From positions 608,001 through 672,000 of the forward strand of contig CAWETI010000003.1 in the NCBI GenBank assembly GCA_963812015.1: 64,000 nucleotides of DNA, written 5' to 3'. Position 1 is the first letter of the stretch. Each line of letters begins with the position of its first letter. The stretch comes from an uncultured delta proteobacterium (GTDB lineage: Bacteria > Desulfobacterota > Desulfobaccia > Desulfobaccales > 0-14-0-80-60-11). Below are positions 1 to 11,756 of this stretch, piece by piece. The notes under the pieces are model-generated. The model was not told the DNA's origin. It worked only from the letters and a program-made list of their open reading frames with translations, and searched no databases. A program made the position numbers and the translations under genes.

Positions 1-786
1 AACGGCAAGCGCCGGCTCATTTGCCGCCTCCTGGGGCGCTTTACCGATCTGAGTATCGCGGTCTCCCAAGGGGTGCGGGACTATCTTCTCAAGGAATGTG
101 GGCTGGACCCGGCCAGGGTGAGGGTGGTGCATAATGGGGTGGATATCGCCGCCATCGACGCGGCCCGCCCCGGTTCGGAGGTGCGCCGGGCCTTGGGGCT
201 GCCCGATGAGGCGCCGGTGATCGGGTTGGTGGGCCGCCTGGATCACTGGGGCAAGGGGCACAGAGAATTGTTTGAAGCCATGGCGCGCCTCAAGGACCGG
301 CATCCCTGTCAGGCCCTCATCGTGGGGGGCGGCAGGCGAGAGGATGAGGTGCGGGCTTTGGCGGCCAGCCTGGGTCTCGCCGATGCCGTCCACTTTCTCG
401 GCCAGCGCCAGGATGTCCCCGATCTCCTCAACGCCATGGATATTTTTGTCCTCCCCAGCTACAGCGAAGGGGTGTCCCTGGCCCTGCTGGAGGCCATGGC
501 GGCGGGCCTGCCGGTGATCGCCACCGCGGTGGGCGGGCTCCCCGAGGTGGTGGAACATGAGTCCACCGGGCTGCTCATCCCGCCCCGGGATGCGGCGGCC
601 CTGGCCCGGTCCCTGGAGCGACTCTTGGCGGACCCCGCCTGGGCGCGGCAACTGGGAGCCAACGCCCGGGCCCATGTCAGGGAACACTTCTCCCTGGACC
701 GCCTGGGCCGGGAGATCAATGAGATATATGGGGAGCTGATAGAGAAGAAATTTGGGTTGACAAAGACCTTGACTATATCTCAATAA
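1..786 (+). CDS. Glycosyltransferase family 4 (GT-B), 5' end truncated by the window edge
   Basis: Motifs VHNGVD, FVLPSYSEGVSLALLEAMAAGLPVIATAVGG; the frame is open to position 1. Confidence 0.9.
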   Translation, partial: NGKRRLICRLLGRFTDLSIAVSQGVRDYLLKECGLDPARVRVVHNGVDIAAIDAARPGSEVRRALGLPDEAPVIGLVGRLDHWGKGHRELFEAMARLKDRHPCQALIVGGGRREDEVRALAASLGLADAVHFLGQRQDVPDLLNAMDIFVLPSYSEGVSLALLEAMAAGLPVIATAVGGLPEVVEHESTGLLIPPRDAAALARSLERLLADPAWARQLGANARAHVREHFSLDRLGREINEIYGELIEKKFGLTKTLTISQ

Positions 787-800
787 TTGGTATATTTATT

Positions 801-1091
801 ATGGCTTGGGACGTCTTGTTAGCGGCTAGCGTCCACAAAAAGCTCAAGCGGCTGCCCACTGGTATAGATGAAATCCTTCAGCTCTTGCTGGCTGAGATGA
901 GGCTCTCCGGCCCGGTTCAGGCTGCCTGGCCTAATTATGGCAAGCTCCGGAAGGACTGCCATCATTGCCACCTTCAGAGAGGCAGGCCCACCTATGTGGC
1001 GGTTTGGAGGGTCCTGGGCAAGAAAGACAGGCTGATAGAGGTTATTTATGTCGGAAGCCATGAAAAAGCGCACTACGGGCGGTTATGTTGA
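801..1091 (+). CDS. RelE/ParE-like type II toxin
   Basis: 96 aa basic protein with NYGKL...HHCHL...YVAVW...IEVIYVGSHEKA; overlaps a downstream HTH gene. Confidence 0.7.
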   Translation: MAWDVLLAASVHKKLKRLPTGIDEILQLLLAEMRLSGPVQAAWPNYGKLRKDCHHCHLQRGRPTYVAVWRVLGKKDRLIEVIYVGSHEKAHYGRLC

Positions 1092-1395
1092 GGTTAGGTT
1101 CCGGATCCCGGTAACCAAAGTGGTGGAGGCGAAGCAGGCTTTGGCCTCCTATGGAGCCATTGCCGAAGAGGCGGGGTCTGTGCCTTGGGAGGAGGTCTAT
1201 CCTGACTTTAATGGGAGTGTGGCTCTTCGGGGGGCAAGGAAAAGAGAGGCCCTGACCCAAAAGGAGTTGGCTCTCCTGGCGGGGGTCAGCCAGACCCATA
1301 TCTCGGAAATGGAGCATGGCAAGAGGCCCATCGGCAAGGACATGGCCAGGAGGCTGGCCAAGGTTCTCAAGGTCAATTATCGGGTTTTATTGTAA
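1048..1395 (+). CDS. XRE-family HTH antitoxin
   Basis: C-terminal HTH LRGARKREALTQKELA...SQTHISEMEHGKRPIG; coupled to the upstream toxin. Confidence 0.8.
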   Translation: MSEAMKKRTTGGYVEVRFRIPVTKVVEAKQALASYGAIAEEAGSVPWEEVYPDFNGSVALRGARKREALTQKELALLAGVSQTHISEMEHGKRPIGKDMARRLAKVLKVNYRVLL

Positions 1396-1455
1396 GCCAA
1401 AAAGTTTTAAAAAATCCTCGCACCAGAAGAGGCAAGGTACGAGGAGACGTCTTCC

Positions 1456-2577
1456 TCATTTCCCAAAAAACCGCGGTTCCCACCAAGTCTTGATCAAGTC
1501 CACCACGTCCGCCATCTTAATCGCCTCCATACACAAATTCTTCGGGCATTTTTTGAGCAGGCAGGGTTCCTGGGTGCAAACCTCTGACCGTTTATGGAGG
1601 GCCGCGCCCCAGTCCACTTGATACGGTCCTACCCGCCGGGGGGCGTCGGCGCCCAACAGGCCGATGGTGGGCACGCCCAGGGCCAGGCCCATGTGCAAAG
1701 GGCCGCTGTCGTTGGCCACCAGGAGGCGGCAGTGAGTCAGCAGGGCGGCCACGGTGAGCAGGGGGTAGCGGCCCCCGGTCACCAGGGTGGGGCCGGATAA
1801 TTGGGCGGCGATGGCTTCAGCCGGCACCCTGTCCCCCTCGCCGCTGATGATGAGGAGCGGCGCTTGGTAGGAGTCGTACAAGAAATTCCCCAGCTCGATG
1901 AACGACGCCGCCGGCCACCACTTGTAGGGATCGGAGCCGGTGGGGTGGAGGGCCATCAGGAGGGGAGGGACCCGGCCGAAATTTTCGGTCAGGATGGCCG
2001 CGGCCCGCTCGGTTTCTCCCGGCGGCAGGAAGAGGTCCATGCGCTTATCGGCGGTGTCGGCCCCCAGGAGCCGCACATAGTCGAGACGCCGCTCGATGGC
2101 GTGCTCATCAGGGTCGGTAAAGGCCACCGCGGCCGAATAGGTGAAGGCAAAAGGGCTGCGGGCCGAGCCGATGATGAACGGGGTCCCGGAAAGATGCGCC
2201 AGGAGGGTGGCTTCGGGGTCGTTGCCGTGGAGGATGATGACCAGGTCATAAGCCCTCCGGCGCAACTGGCGGGCCAGGCTCAAGAGGCCCCGGTTGCGGC
2301 CGGGATAGGCAAAGAGGCGGGCCACACAAGGATTATGGGCCAGGAGGACGCCGAACCCCCGGTGGGTCAACACTTCCAGTTCCCAGGCGGGATGCCGCTC
2401 TTTCAAGGCCCGGATGGCCGGGGTGGAAAATAGGGTGTCCCCCAGGGCGGTGGCACTGATCAACAGGACCCGCCGGACTTCATCGGAAACCAGGGACGGC
2501 AACGGCGCGGGAGGCCGGCGGCGGACCCGGTGGCGCAGATACTGGCGGGCCAGGGCGGTTAAGAGTTTATGCCACAT
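1456..2577 (-). CDS. Glycosyltransferase family 9 (LPS heptosyltransferase-like)
   Basis: ALGDTLFSTPAIRALK, KWWP and VANDSGPLHMGLALGVPTIGL motifs. Confidence 0.9.
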   Translation of the reverse strand: MWHKLLTALARQYLRHRVRRRPPAPLPSLVSDEVRRVLLISATALGDTLFSTPAIRALKERHPAWELEVLTHRGFGVLLAHNPCVARLFAYPGRNRGLLSLARQLRRRAYDLVIILHGNDPEATLLAHLSGTPFIIGSARSPFAFTYSAAVAFTDPDEHAIERRLDYVRLLGADTADKRMDLFLPPGETERAAAILTENFGRVPPLLMALHPTGSDPYKWWPAASFIELGNFLYDSYQAPLLIISGEGDRVPAEAIAAQLSGPTLVTGGRYPLLTVAALLTHCRLLVANDSGPLHMGLALGVPTIGLLGADAPRRVGPYQVDWGAALHKRSEVCTQEPCLLKKCPKNLCMEAIKMADVVDLIKTWWEPRFFGK

Positions 2578-2745
2578 AATTTAACGTCGGTCAGGCGCGG
2601 GAGGCGTCATCTTACCTCTGCAGGCCTTAATGCCCTCTCCGAAGGCGGGTGTCCAAATGGATGGCCGGTGGATTTTTGCTCCAAAAATGGGGTATATTGA
2701 CCAAAGCTGGCCCATTGCCGATCATCTTAAATGAGGATAAGGCTT

Positions 2746-2976
2746 ATGATACCACACGGTCACCCCCATGGGCACGAAAGAGACAAAGCGAAACACTCCC
2801 ACCCCACCGAGCGCTGGCGAGGTCTCCACAAAGACTGGCGCACCTGGGCGGTTATCGGCTTGATGTTGGCGGCTATCGGCACCTATGTGCTGACCCTGGA
2901 CGAGTCGGTCCAGCCGGGCAGTGCGGCCCGGGACGGACTCCCGGCCTCGGCGGCGCCGGGAAGCACTCCGAAATAA
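2746..2976 (+). CDS. Small His-rich single-pass membrane protein of unknown function
   Basis: His-rich N-terminus, HKDWRTW, one hydrophobic helix; GAGG upstream of ATG 2746. Confidence 0.55.
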   Translation: MIPHGHPHGHERDKAKHSHPTERWRGLHKDWRTWAVIGLMLAAIGTYVLTLDESVQPGSAARDGLPASAAPGSTPK

Positions 2977-3002
2977 GGTTGGGTAAGGCCAGCCGGGGAA
3001 AA

Positions 3003-4202
3003 CTAATCCCTGATCCCTAAACCCATGACCTCATCATAGAACTGCTCCAGTCGCCGGGCGATCTTTTCCCACGTGAAGTTGGCGCTCACCCACTCCCGGC
3101 CCTGTTGGCCCAACTGTTGCCTCCGGGGCGCATCATTCAAGAGCCCGATGATCTTGGCCGCCAGTTCGGCGTCGTCGTCCGGTTGCCGTAGCAGCAGGCC
3201 GTTAAAGCCATCCCGGACCACCTCGGGAATGCCGCCCCTGGCGGTGGCGATGATGGGCAACCCCGCGGCCGAAGCCTCCAGGAAGACCAGCCCCAACCCC
3301 TCTTCGATCTGAGACGGGCCCACGAAGACATCGCCCAGGAGATAGGCCCGGGGCATCTCGGTCGGGGGCATGAACCCGGTGAGCACCACGCGGCCGGGGG
3401 CCCGGTCCAGGTCCCGGCGCAATTGGCCTAAAAACGGGGTCTCCCGCATGGTGCGGCCCTTGCCGTATTCGGTGCCGCCCACCAGCACCAGCACCGTCTC
3501 GGGCGCGATTTCCCAGACCCGGGTCATGGCCCGGAGCAGGATATGGACCCCCTTGCTCTCCCTGAGCTTGCCGGCAAAGAGGACGGTGGGTTCGTCCTCA
3601 ATGCCGTACCGGCGGCGCACCTCCCGGACCCCGGCCGCCGGGTCCCAGAGGGAGGCAAAGGCGTCGGTGGAAACCCCGTTATAGATGACCCGAAAGAGGG
3701 CCGCCCCCCGCCCCAGCCGGGACTTCTCCCGGTCCAGCACGAAGTTGCTGCAGGCGGCAAAGCCCGCCACCGGCATGGAGGCGCCGGGCCGGGGCCGCTC
3801 CCGTTTCCCCAGGGACTCAGAGAGGTTGTGCATGTGGAGGATGATAGGGGTCCCGGGGGGCAGGCGGCGCTTCAGGGACAGGGCCAGGAGGGGCCGGTTG
3901 TGGACGTGTACCAGGTCCGGCCGGACCCGTTGGATGATCCGGGCCACCTCCCGGTCATAGAGAGGACAAAACCGGCGATAGCGGCAATAGAGCCATTTGC
4001 GCCAGCCTTCCAGGGGGACGCGGTAATATTCCGCCTGACCCCGGGTTTCCCGGCGGGGCAACTCGGGGTCGGATACCCCGATGACCACCGGCCGCCAGGA
4101 GGTGAGGCTACCGGCCACCTTCTCGATGAACAATTCGGCCGCCCCGCCCCGAATGGGGGGGATGGGGTAGAGTTCGGGTCCGATCAGGGCCACGGTGGGC
4201 AT
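3003..4202 (-). CDS. Glycosyltransferase family 4
   Basis: PIPPIRGGAAE, VHVHNRP, EEGLGLVFLEASAAGLPIIATARGGIPEVV; start placed at MPTVALIG. Confidence 0.9.
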   Translation of the reverse strand: MPTVALIGPELYPIPPIRGGAAELFIEKVAGSLTSWRPVVIGVSDPELPRRETRGQAEYYRVPLEGWRKWLYCRYRRFCPLYDREVARIIQRVRPDLVHVHNRPLLALSLKRRLPPGTPIILHMHNLSESLGKRERPRPGASMPVAGFAACSNFVLDREKSRLGRGAALFRVIYNGVSTDAFASLWDPAAGVREVRRRYGIEDEPTVLFAGKLRESKGVHILLRAMTRVWEIAPETVLVLVGGTEYGKGRTMRETPFLGQLRRDLDRAPGRVVLTGFMPPTEMPRAYLLGDVFVGPSQIEEGLGLVFLEASAAGLPIIATARGGIPEVVRDGFNGLLLRQPDDDAELAAKIIGLLNDAPRRQQLGQQGREWVSANFTWEKIARRLEQFYDEVMGLGIRD

Positions 4203-4390
4203 TTTTGGGGATTTTCGGCTTAAGGTTTTCAGTTTTCGGCCAATCCAGCCAAATTTTGTGCCGGTTCTCAGCCCTGAGGCGAAAAATCCATCAAGGCGCT
4301 CGCCTTGAGCCTGCCAGGCCTCAACCACTTAATAAGTTAGCATAAAATTATATCAAAAAATCAGATCATTAACCAAAAACCAAAAATTTC

Positions 4391-4418
4391 TTGACACCTG
4401 AGACAGACTTTGTAATAT
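4391..4418 (+). promoter_or_regulatory. Putative sigma70 promoter of the CoA ligase gene
   Basis: TTGACA-16 nt-TAATAT in an AT-rich intergenic region. Confidence 0.45.
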
Positions 4419-4494
4419 GCTTCACATGGTTGTGTTCTAGGGTATAGACCGAAAGACCATTAGAATTACCAATATCTGAAGGAGGTAGCAGTTC

Positions 4495-6180
4495 ATGGGT
4501 AAAATTCCGGCTGATTATTTGCCACCTAAAGAACTCTGGGCGGGATATACGGCGCCCGAGGAGTTCAAAAAGTTTACCTCAGGACAGTGGAATATTGCAG
4601 AAGAATTTCTTGACAGGCACGTGAAGGAAGGTCGGGGAGACACCGTCGCCATCCTCTTCGGGGACCAGAAGATCACTTTTAAAGAACTGCTGGCCATGTC
4701 CAACAAGTTCGCCAACGTCCTCACCAAGCTGGGCATCGGGGCCCAGGACCGGGTGGGCCTTCGCCTGACCAACATGCCGGAAGCCGTTGCCATCAATTTC
4801 GGTATCCAGAAGTGCGGCGCCATCCCGGTGCCCATTTCCCCCCTGTGGGCCAAGGAAGAAGTGGCCTTTGTCTGTAATAACGCCGAATTCGCGGCCTTTG
4901 CGGTGAGTGCCCCCTTGATGGCCGCGGTGGAAGAAGCCAAGCACGAATTCGAGTTCCCCACCAAGATCATCGTGGTGGGCGGCAAGCCCGAAGACGCGGA
5001 GGCCAAAGGCCACGTTTCCTTCGGCAAAGAGATGGCGAGTGCGTCGGACCAGTTCACCAACGCCAAACTGAACGCCGACGACATCGGGGTCATCCTGTTC
5101 ACCTCCGGCACCACCGGCCAGCCCAAGGGCTGCGTCCACTTCGTCAAAGAAGTGCTGGTGGAGTCCAACCTGGTCAACAAGTATGTCTACAAGTTGAAAC
5201 CCGGCGACGTGCTGGGCGGCTCGGCCCCGGTGTCCTTCGCGGCGGGCTACGGCACCTTCTGTATGATCCCGTTTGCGGGGGGCTCCGCCATTTCGCTCCT
5301 GCCCAAGTTCACCCCGGACGATATGATGAGCACCATCGTCAAGCACAAGATCACGGTGATCACCGGTCTGCCCACCGCCTACCGGAAGCTGCTGGAAATG
5401 CCCAACTTCAAGGACTACGACGTCAGCAGCATCCGCATGTACACCACCGGCGGCGACGCCTTGACCGGCAAAACCCTGGCCATGTGGCAGGCCAAGACCG
5501 GCATGCCCATCTGGGAAGGTTTGGGCGGCACCGAGATGATGCACTTGGTGACCAGTAACACCATGAGCGACATCCCCATGCCCGACTCCATCGGCAAGGC
5601 CCTGCCCGGCTTCGAGATTAAGGTCGTGCGGGAAGACGGCACCACCGCCGGCCCCGGCGAAGTGGGCAGCATGCTGATCAAGGGCCCCACCGCCACCCTG
5701 TACTGGAAGCCCTACATCCAGGACAACAAGCTCCTGAAGACCATGAAAAAGGGCATCAAGGACGGCTACAACATGATGGGCGACGCCGTCATGATGGACA
5801 AAGACGGCTTTATCTTCTTCCAGGCCCGGGAAGACGACATGATCAAGTCCTCCGGCTTCCGGCTGGCCCCTTCGGAAATCGAAGACGCCATCCTCCGGCA
5901 TCCGGCGGTGCGGGATGACGCGGTAGTGGGCATCCCCGACGAGGTCTTGGGCCAGAAAGTCGTGGCCATGGTGGAACTGGAACCCGGTCACACCGGCTCC
6001 CAGGAGTTGGCCAGCGACATCATCAAATCCTGCCTGGACGTGCTGGGCATGTACAAGCTGCCCCGGGAAGTGGTGTTCATGGATTCCATCCCCCGGACGC
6101 CCACCGGCAAGATCCTCAAGAAGGTGCTGCGGAAGGACTATCCGGAGTACCCCACTAGGTATGTACCCAAGGTAAAGTAG
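4495..6180 (+). CDS. AMP-forming acyl/aryl-CoA ligase (benzoate/2-aminobenzoate-CoA ligase-like)
   Basis: FTSGTTGQPKG, EGLGGTE, MGD, REDDMIKSSG, PRTPTGK; strong AAGGAGG RBS. Confidence 0.85.
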   Translation: MGKIPADYLPPKELWAGYTAPEEFKKFTSGQWNIAEEFLDRHVKEGRGDTVAILFGDQKITFKELLAMSNKFANVLTKLGIGAQDRVGLRLTNMPEAVAINFGIQKCGAIPVPISPLWAKEEVAFVCNNAEFAAFAVSAPLMAAVEEAKHEFEFPTKIIVVGGKPEDAEAKGHVSFGKEMASASDQFTNAKLNADDIGVILFTSGTTGQPKGCVHFVKEVLVESNLVNKYVYKLKPGDVLGGSAPVSFAAGYGTFCMIPFAGGSAISLLPKFTPDDMMSTIVKHKITVITGLPTAYRKLLEMPNFKDYDVSSIRMYTTGGDALTGKTLAMWQAKTGMPIWEGLGGTEMMHLVTSNTMSDIPMPDSIGKALPGFEIKVVREDGTTAGPGEVGSMLIKGPTATLYWKPYIQDNKLLKTMKKGIKDGYNMMGDAVMMDKDGFIFFQAREDDMIKSSGFRLAPSEIEDAILRHPAVRDDAVVGIPDEVLGQKVVAMVELEPGHTGSQELASDIIKSCLDVLGMYKLPREVVFMDSIPRTPTGKILKKVLRKDYPEYPTRYVPKVK

Positions 6181-6241
6181 GTCACACCTGATAAAAAATC
6201 TCCGGGGGCGGTAGCCGTCCCCGGAGCCTCTTCGGAGGACG

Positions 6242-6273
6242 ATGCCTTGCTTCGGCAAGGCATTTTTCTTTTT
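6242..6273 (+). terminator. Rho-independent terminator
   Basis: ATGCCTTGC-TTCG-GCAAGGCAT followed by a T-tract. Confidence 0.8.
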
Positions 6274-6297
6274 GATTTTGGTTATCCTTGTGATTAA

Positions 6298-7623
<1,326 letters not shown>

Positions 7624-7844
7624 GGCGGACCTTCAGGCGGCCCCGCCGCGATGTTCAACCCAGCAAGTCACTCAGGGCCGGTCAGCACGAATAAGCCGGC
7701 CCCTCTCTTTTTCCGGCGCCTTTACAGGCTGTAAAGATCTCTGACGCTTCCCTGAAAAAACTGCAAGGCCGTGACCGGCGCGTCCGAAGGCAAGGCGCCA
7801 TAATCCCGCTGTTATATTAACGTGCAGTCAAAGGACAATTAACG

Positions 7845-7962
7845 GCACGTTGCAATAATAAAATCCAGAATTGTAGGGGCGCACCCTCGGGTGCGCCCTC
7901 AACCAAGGGCGGACACATGGGTCCGCCCCTACAAAAATTGCCGTTTGTTGGCGATTTTGTAT
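7845..7962. repeat. About 120 bp element with a GTAG-REP doublet core; inverted copy of 46006-46127
   Basis: GTAGGGGCGCACCC..GGGTGCGCCCT...AGGGCGGACACATGGGTCCGCCCCTAC; flanks match the reverse complement of 46006-46127. Confidence 0.8.
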
Positions 7963-7988
7963 TAAGCGGTTGCGCCGGGCCCGGGGTT

Positions 7989-8004
7989 TGGCATGTTCGA
8001 TGCT
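7989..8004 (+). promoter_or_regulatory. Possible sigma54 -24/-12 promoter for the por operon
   Basis: TGGCATG-TTCG-ATGCT has the correct GG/GC spacing. Confidence 0.4.
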
Positions 8005-8264
8005 ATAGTTTTTGGTCATGGGGACCGAAGGGTAAGGTAAGAAAAATTCTGACAAAGGAATCGAAAATTACCCGACTTTCCCAATGAGGCCGCCGATGCT
8101 ATCATACATCAAGGATGATAAGGTGGCCTTTGCCTGGCCTGAAGCCGGCAGGCGGACCCTGACCAGGCCGCACAGTGCAAGAGCTTCGGCCCGGCAAGGG
8201 GCAAGCAAGAGCCCGTTCTTCTTAAATCAGGATAAAAAACTTCTCCACGACATAGGAAAACACC

Positions 8265-8822
8265 ATGATTGAAATCCGCTTTCATGGCCGCGGCGGCCAG
8301 GGCGCGGTGACTTCGGTGGAACTGCTGGCTCTGGCGGCCATTGAGGAAGGGAAGTTCGCCCAGGGTTTTCCCAGTTTCGGTCCGGAGCGCCGGGGCGCCC
8401 CGGTGCTGGCCTTCTCCCGGGTGGACGACAAGCCCATCAAGCTGCGCTGCAAGATCGTCAAACCCGACGTGGTGGTGGTGCTGGACGCCTCTCTGCTGCC
8501 GATTCAAAACCCTGCGGGTGACTTGAAGGAAAACGGCATCATCGTTCTCAACACCAACAAGACCGCAGCGGAGATCCGCCAGGAATACGGCTTTAAGCAC
8601 ACTCTGGCCCTGGTGGACGCCAACAAGGTGGCCCGGGAGGTGCTGGGGGTGCCCATCGTCAACACCACCATGATCGGGGCCCTGTTGCGGGCCACGGGCG
8701 TCGTCAAGGTGGAGACCATGGAAGCTCCCCTGAAGGATCGCTTCGGCCCCCTGGCGGTCAAGAATTTCAACGCCCTGAAAGTGGCTTTTGAGCAGACCAC
8801 TATTGAGGAGCGACGGTCGTGA
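8265..8822 (+). CDS. porC: Pyruvate/2-oxoacid:ferredoxin oxidoreductase gamma subunit
   Basis: [21 protein letters not shown]. Confidence 0.93.
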
Positions 8823-9109
8823 GCAAAGCATGGGATCAGGTAACCTGGCAGGAGATTGAGATCGGCGGCGTGTTGACCGAGCCGGGCACGGCCCGGAACT
8901 ACAACACCGGGGATTGGCGCTCAAGCCACCCGGTGTGGGACAAGACCCGCTGCATCAAGTGCGGCGTATGCTGGACGGTGTGCCCCGAAGCGGGGATCAC
9001 CGAGCAACCGGACGGCTACTTCGAGATGAACACCTACTGCAAAGGCTGCGGCATCTGCGTCAAAGAATGCGTCACCGGCTGCATCAAGATGGTGCTGGAG
9101 GAATCATGA
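8819..9109 (+). CDS. porD: 2-oxoacid:ferredoxin oxidoreductase delta subunit (2x[4Fe-4S])
   Basis: TGDWR, CIKCGVCWTVCP, YCKGCGICVKEC. Confidence 0.93.
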   Translation: MSKAWDQVTWQEIEIGGVLTEPGTARNYNTGDWRSSHPVWDKTRCIKCGVCWTVCPEAGITEQPDGYFEMNTYCKGCGICVKECVTGCIKMVLEES

Positions 9110-10290
9110 TGGCCCATAAGAAGCGAGTCGGCATGGAAGTCTCCATAGCGGTGAGCCATGCGGTACAGTTGGCTCGGGCCGAAGCCATCGCGGCTTATCC
9201 CATCACCCCTCAGACCCACATCGTGGAGCACCTCTCCTCCGTCGTGGCCAACGGCGAGTTGGAGGCGGAATTCGTCACGGTGGAATCCGAGCATTCCGCC
9301 ATGAGCGCCTCCATCGGCGCCGCCGCCACGGGGGCCAGGACCTATACCGCCACCAGTTCCCAGGGGTTGGCCTTGATGAACGAAATCCTGTTCATCGCCT
9401 CGGCCATGCGCCTGCCCATTGTCATGACCGTGGCCAACCGGGCCCTGTCCGGTCCTTTGAGCATCTGGAACGACCACGGCGACATCATGGCGGCCCGGGA
9501 TATCGGCTGGATTCAGATCTTCGCGGAGAACGGCCAGGAGGCCTTTGATCTCAGCATCATGGCCTTCAAGATCGCCGAAGACCATCGGGTGCTCCTCCCC
9601 ACCATCGTCAACCTGGACGGCTTCATCCTCACCCACGTGGTGGAAGCCCATGAGATGATGGACCAGGAGACCGTGGACCGTTTCCTGCCCCCTCTGGTGC
9701 CGTATCACAAGCTGGACCCCCACAAACCGGTGACCATGGGGGCCTTTGCCATGCCGGAACTCTATACCGAGTGCAAGATGGCGCACCAGGAGGCCCTGAC
9801 CAACTCCTACGGCCCCATCCGGGAAATCTGGCAGGAATGGGGGGAGCTCACCGGGCGGCACTACAAACCCGTGGAGACCTACCGCACCGAAGGGGCCAAG
9901 ATAATTATCATGATGATGGGCTCCCTGGCGGAAGTGGCGGAGACCGCGGTGGACACCATGCGGGATAAAGGCATCCCCGTGGGGCTGGTAAAGATCCGGT
10001 TGTGGCGGCCCTTTCCCTTCGCGGATTTGCGCCAGGCCCTGGCCGGGGCGGAACTGGTGGTCGTCTGCGACCGGGCCCTATCCCTGGGAGGCGCGGCCGG
10101 GCCGGTCCTGGCGGAAGTGCGCAGCGCCATGTATCCCCTGGCTCAAAGACCTCAGATCCTGGGGTACACCGTGGGACTGGGGGGCCGGGACGTGCAGCCC
10201 GAGGCCTTTGAGGAACTGGTGCAGCTCGCCCAGGCGGAAGTCAAGCAGGGTCCCAGCGAGGAATTCCATATTTATGGGGTAAGAGGCTGA
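9106..10290 (+). CDS. porA: 2-oxoacid:ferredoxin oxidoreductase alpha subunit
   Basis: AYPITPQT, ESEHSAMS, TATSSQGL; ATGA overlap with porD. Confidence 0.93.
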   Translation: MMAHKKRVGMEVSIAVSHAVQLARAEAIAAYPITPQTHIVEHLSSVVANGELEAEFVTVESEHSAMSASIGAAATGARTYTATSSQGLALMNEILFIASAMRLPIVMTVANRALSGPLSIWNDHGDIMAARDIGWIQIFAENGQEAFDLSIMAFKIAEDHRVLLPTIVNLDGFILTHVVEAHEMMDQETVDRFLPPLVPYHKLDPHKPVTMGAFAMPELYTECKMAHQEALTNSYGPIREIWQEWGELTGRHYKPVETYRTEGAKIIIMMMGSLAEVAETAVDTMRDKGIPVGLVKIRLWRPFPFADLRQALAGAELVVVCDRALSLGGAAGPVLAEVRSAMYPLAQRPQILGYTVGLGGRDVQPEAFEELVQLAQAEVKQGPSEEFHIYGVRG

Positions 10291-11279
10291 TGGAAAAGTT
10301 TGGATTTGCGGAAAGCACGAAATTCGATACGTACGCCTCTCGGATGATGCCCCGGGATGAGTTTTTCACCTCGGGGCACCGGTCCTGCCAGGGGTGCGGC
10401 GAGGCCCTGGCGGTTCGGTGGGCCTGCAAGGCCATCGGTAAAGACGCCATCATCGCCCACGCCACCGGCTGCATGGAGATCGTCTCCTCGGCCATGCCCC
10501 AGACCGCCTGGATGCATCCCTGGATTCACGTGGCCTTCGAAAACACCTCGGCGGTGGCGTCCGGGATCGACGCGGCCCTGAGAGTCCTGGAACGCAAGGG
10601 CAAACTCAAGGGCCCCCTCCCCAAGGTGGTGGCCATGGGGGGCGACGGCGCCACCAGCGACATCGGCCTCCAGGCCCTCTCCGGGGCCCTGGAACGGAAT
10701 ACCAACTTCACCTACATCTGCTGGGACAACGAAGCCTACATGAACACCGGCATCCAGCGTTCCAGCGCCACCCCCTTCGGGGCCATGACCACCACGTCCC
10801 CTCCCGGGAAGCGGAGCTTCGGCCAGCATACCTGGAAGAAAGACATGGCGGCTATTGCTGTGGCCCACGGCATTCCCTACGTGGCCACCGCCTCCCCGGG
10901 CTATCTCTTCGACCTGTACTTTAAGGTGAAAAAGGCCGTGGAAACCCCGGGTCCGGCTTATATCAATATCCTGTCCGTCTGCCCTACGGGCTGGCGGAGC
11001 GCCACGGACCTGACGGTGCGCCTGGCCCGGCTCGCCACCGAAACTGCGGTCTTCCCGCTGTTTGAGGTGGTGGACGGCAAGTACCGGCTGACGGTGGAGC
11101 CCCCCAAGATCCGGCCTGTCCGGGATTATCTCAAACCCCAAGGGCGGTTCCGGCATCTCCGGGACCCGGAGGTGGAGTTCATCCAGAAGCAGACTACCGA
11201 CCGATATAAACTGCTCCTGGAAAAATGCCAGGCGTCCTTTGCGGAATTTGTTCCGGTCCACGTGCCTGAAGGAATCTGA
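10290..11279 (+). CDS. porB: 2-oxoacid:ferredoxin oxidoreductase beta subunit (TPP-binding)
   Basis: GHRSCQGCG, GGDGATSDIG...DNEAYMNTG, CPTGW. Confidence 0.93.
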   Translation: MEKFGFAESTKFDTYASRMMPRDEFFTSGHRSCQGCGEALAVRWACKAIGKDAIIAHATGCMEIVSSAMPQTAWMHPWIHVAFENTSAVASGIDAALRVLERKGKLKGPLPKVVAMGGDGATSDIGLQALSGALERNTNFTYICWDNEAYMNTGIQRSSATPFGAMTTTSPPGKRSFGQHTWKKDMAAIAVAHGIPYVATASPGYLFDLYFKVKKAVETPGPAYINILSVCPTGWRSATDLTVRLARLATETAVFPLFEVVDGKYRLTVEPPKIRPVRDYLKPQGRFRHLRDPEVEFIQKQTTDRYKLLLEKCQASFAEFVPVHVPEGI

Positions 11280-11740
11280 TGATGACGAACCAGCAGAAAC
11301 TCGAAACCATCATGTCCCGTTATGAGGGGATGCCCGCGGACCTGATTCCCGTGCTCCAGGATATCCAGGATGAATTTAACTACCTGCCCAAGGATGAATT
11401 GAAAATCGTGGCCGGCCGGTTGCAAATCCCCCTGACTCGGGTCTACAGCGTGGCCACCTTTTTCAAGATGTTCTCCCTGGAACCCAGGGGCAAGCATCTG
11501 GTTCGGGTGTGTTTGGGCACTGCCTGCCACTTGCGGGGCGGACAACGCCTGGTGGAAACGGTGGGCCGCCGCCTGAACGTCGAGCCGGGTCATGCCACCG
11601 ATGATCTGCAATTCTCCCTGGAGACCGTGGGCTGTCTCGGATCCTGCGCCCAGGCCCCCTTAATGATGATCGACGACAAGTATTTCGGGCGCATGGCCGT
11701 GGATAAGGTCCCGAAGATCTTGAAACCTTATAAACAATAA
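11279..11740 (+). CDS. NuoE/HydC-like [2Fe-2S] subunit
   Basis: VCLGTACH...GCLGSCAQAP; TGATG coupling to porB. Confidence 0.9.
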   Translation: MMTNQQKLETIMSRYEGMPADLIPVLQDIQDEFNYLPKDELKIVAGRLQIPLTRVYSVATFFKMFSLEPRGKHLVRVCLGTACHLRGGQRLVETVGRRLNVEPGHATDDLQFSLETVGCLGSCAQAPLMMIDDKYFGRMAVDKVPKILKPYKQ

Positions 11741-11756
11741 GAGCTGAGATAAGGAT

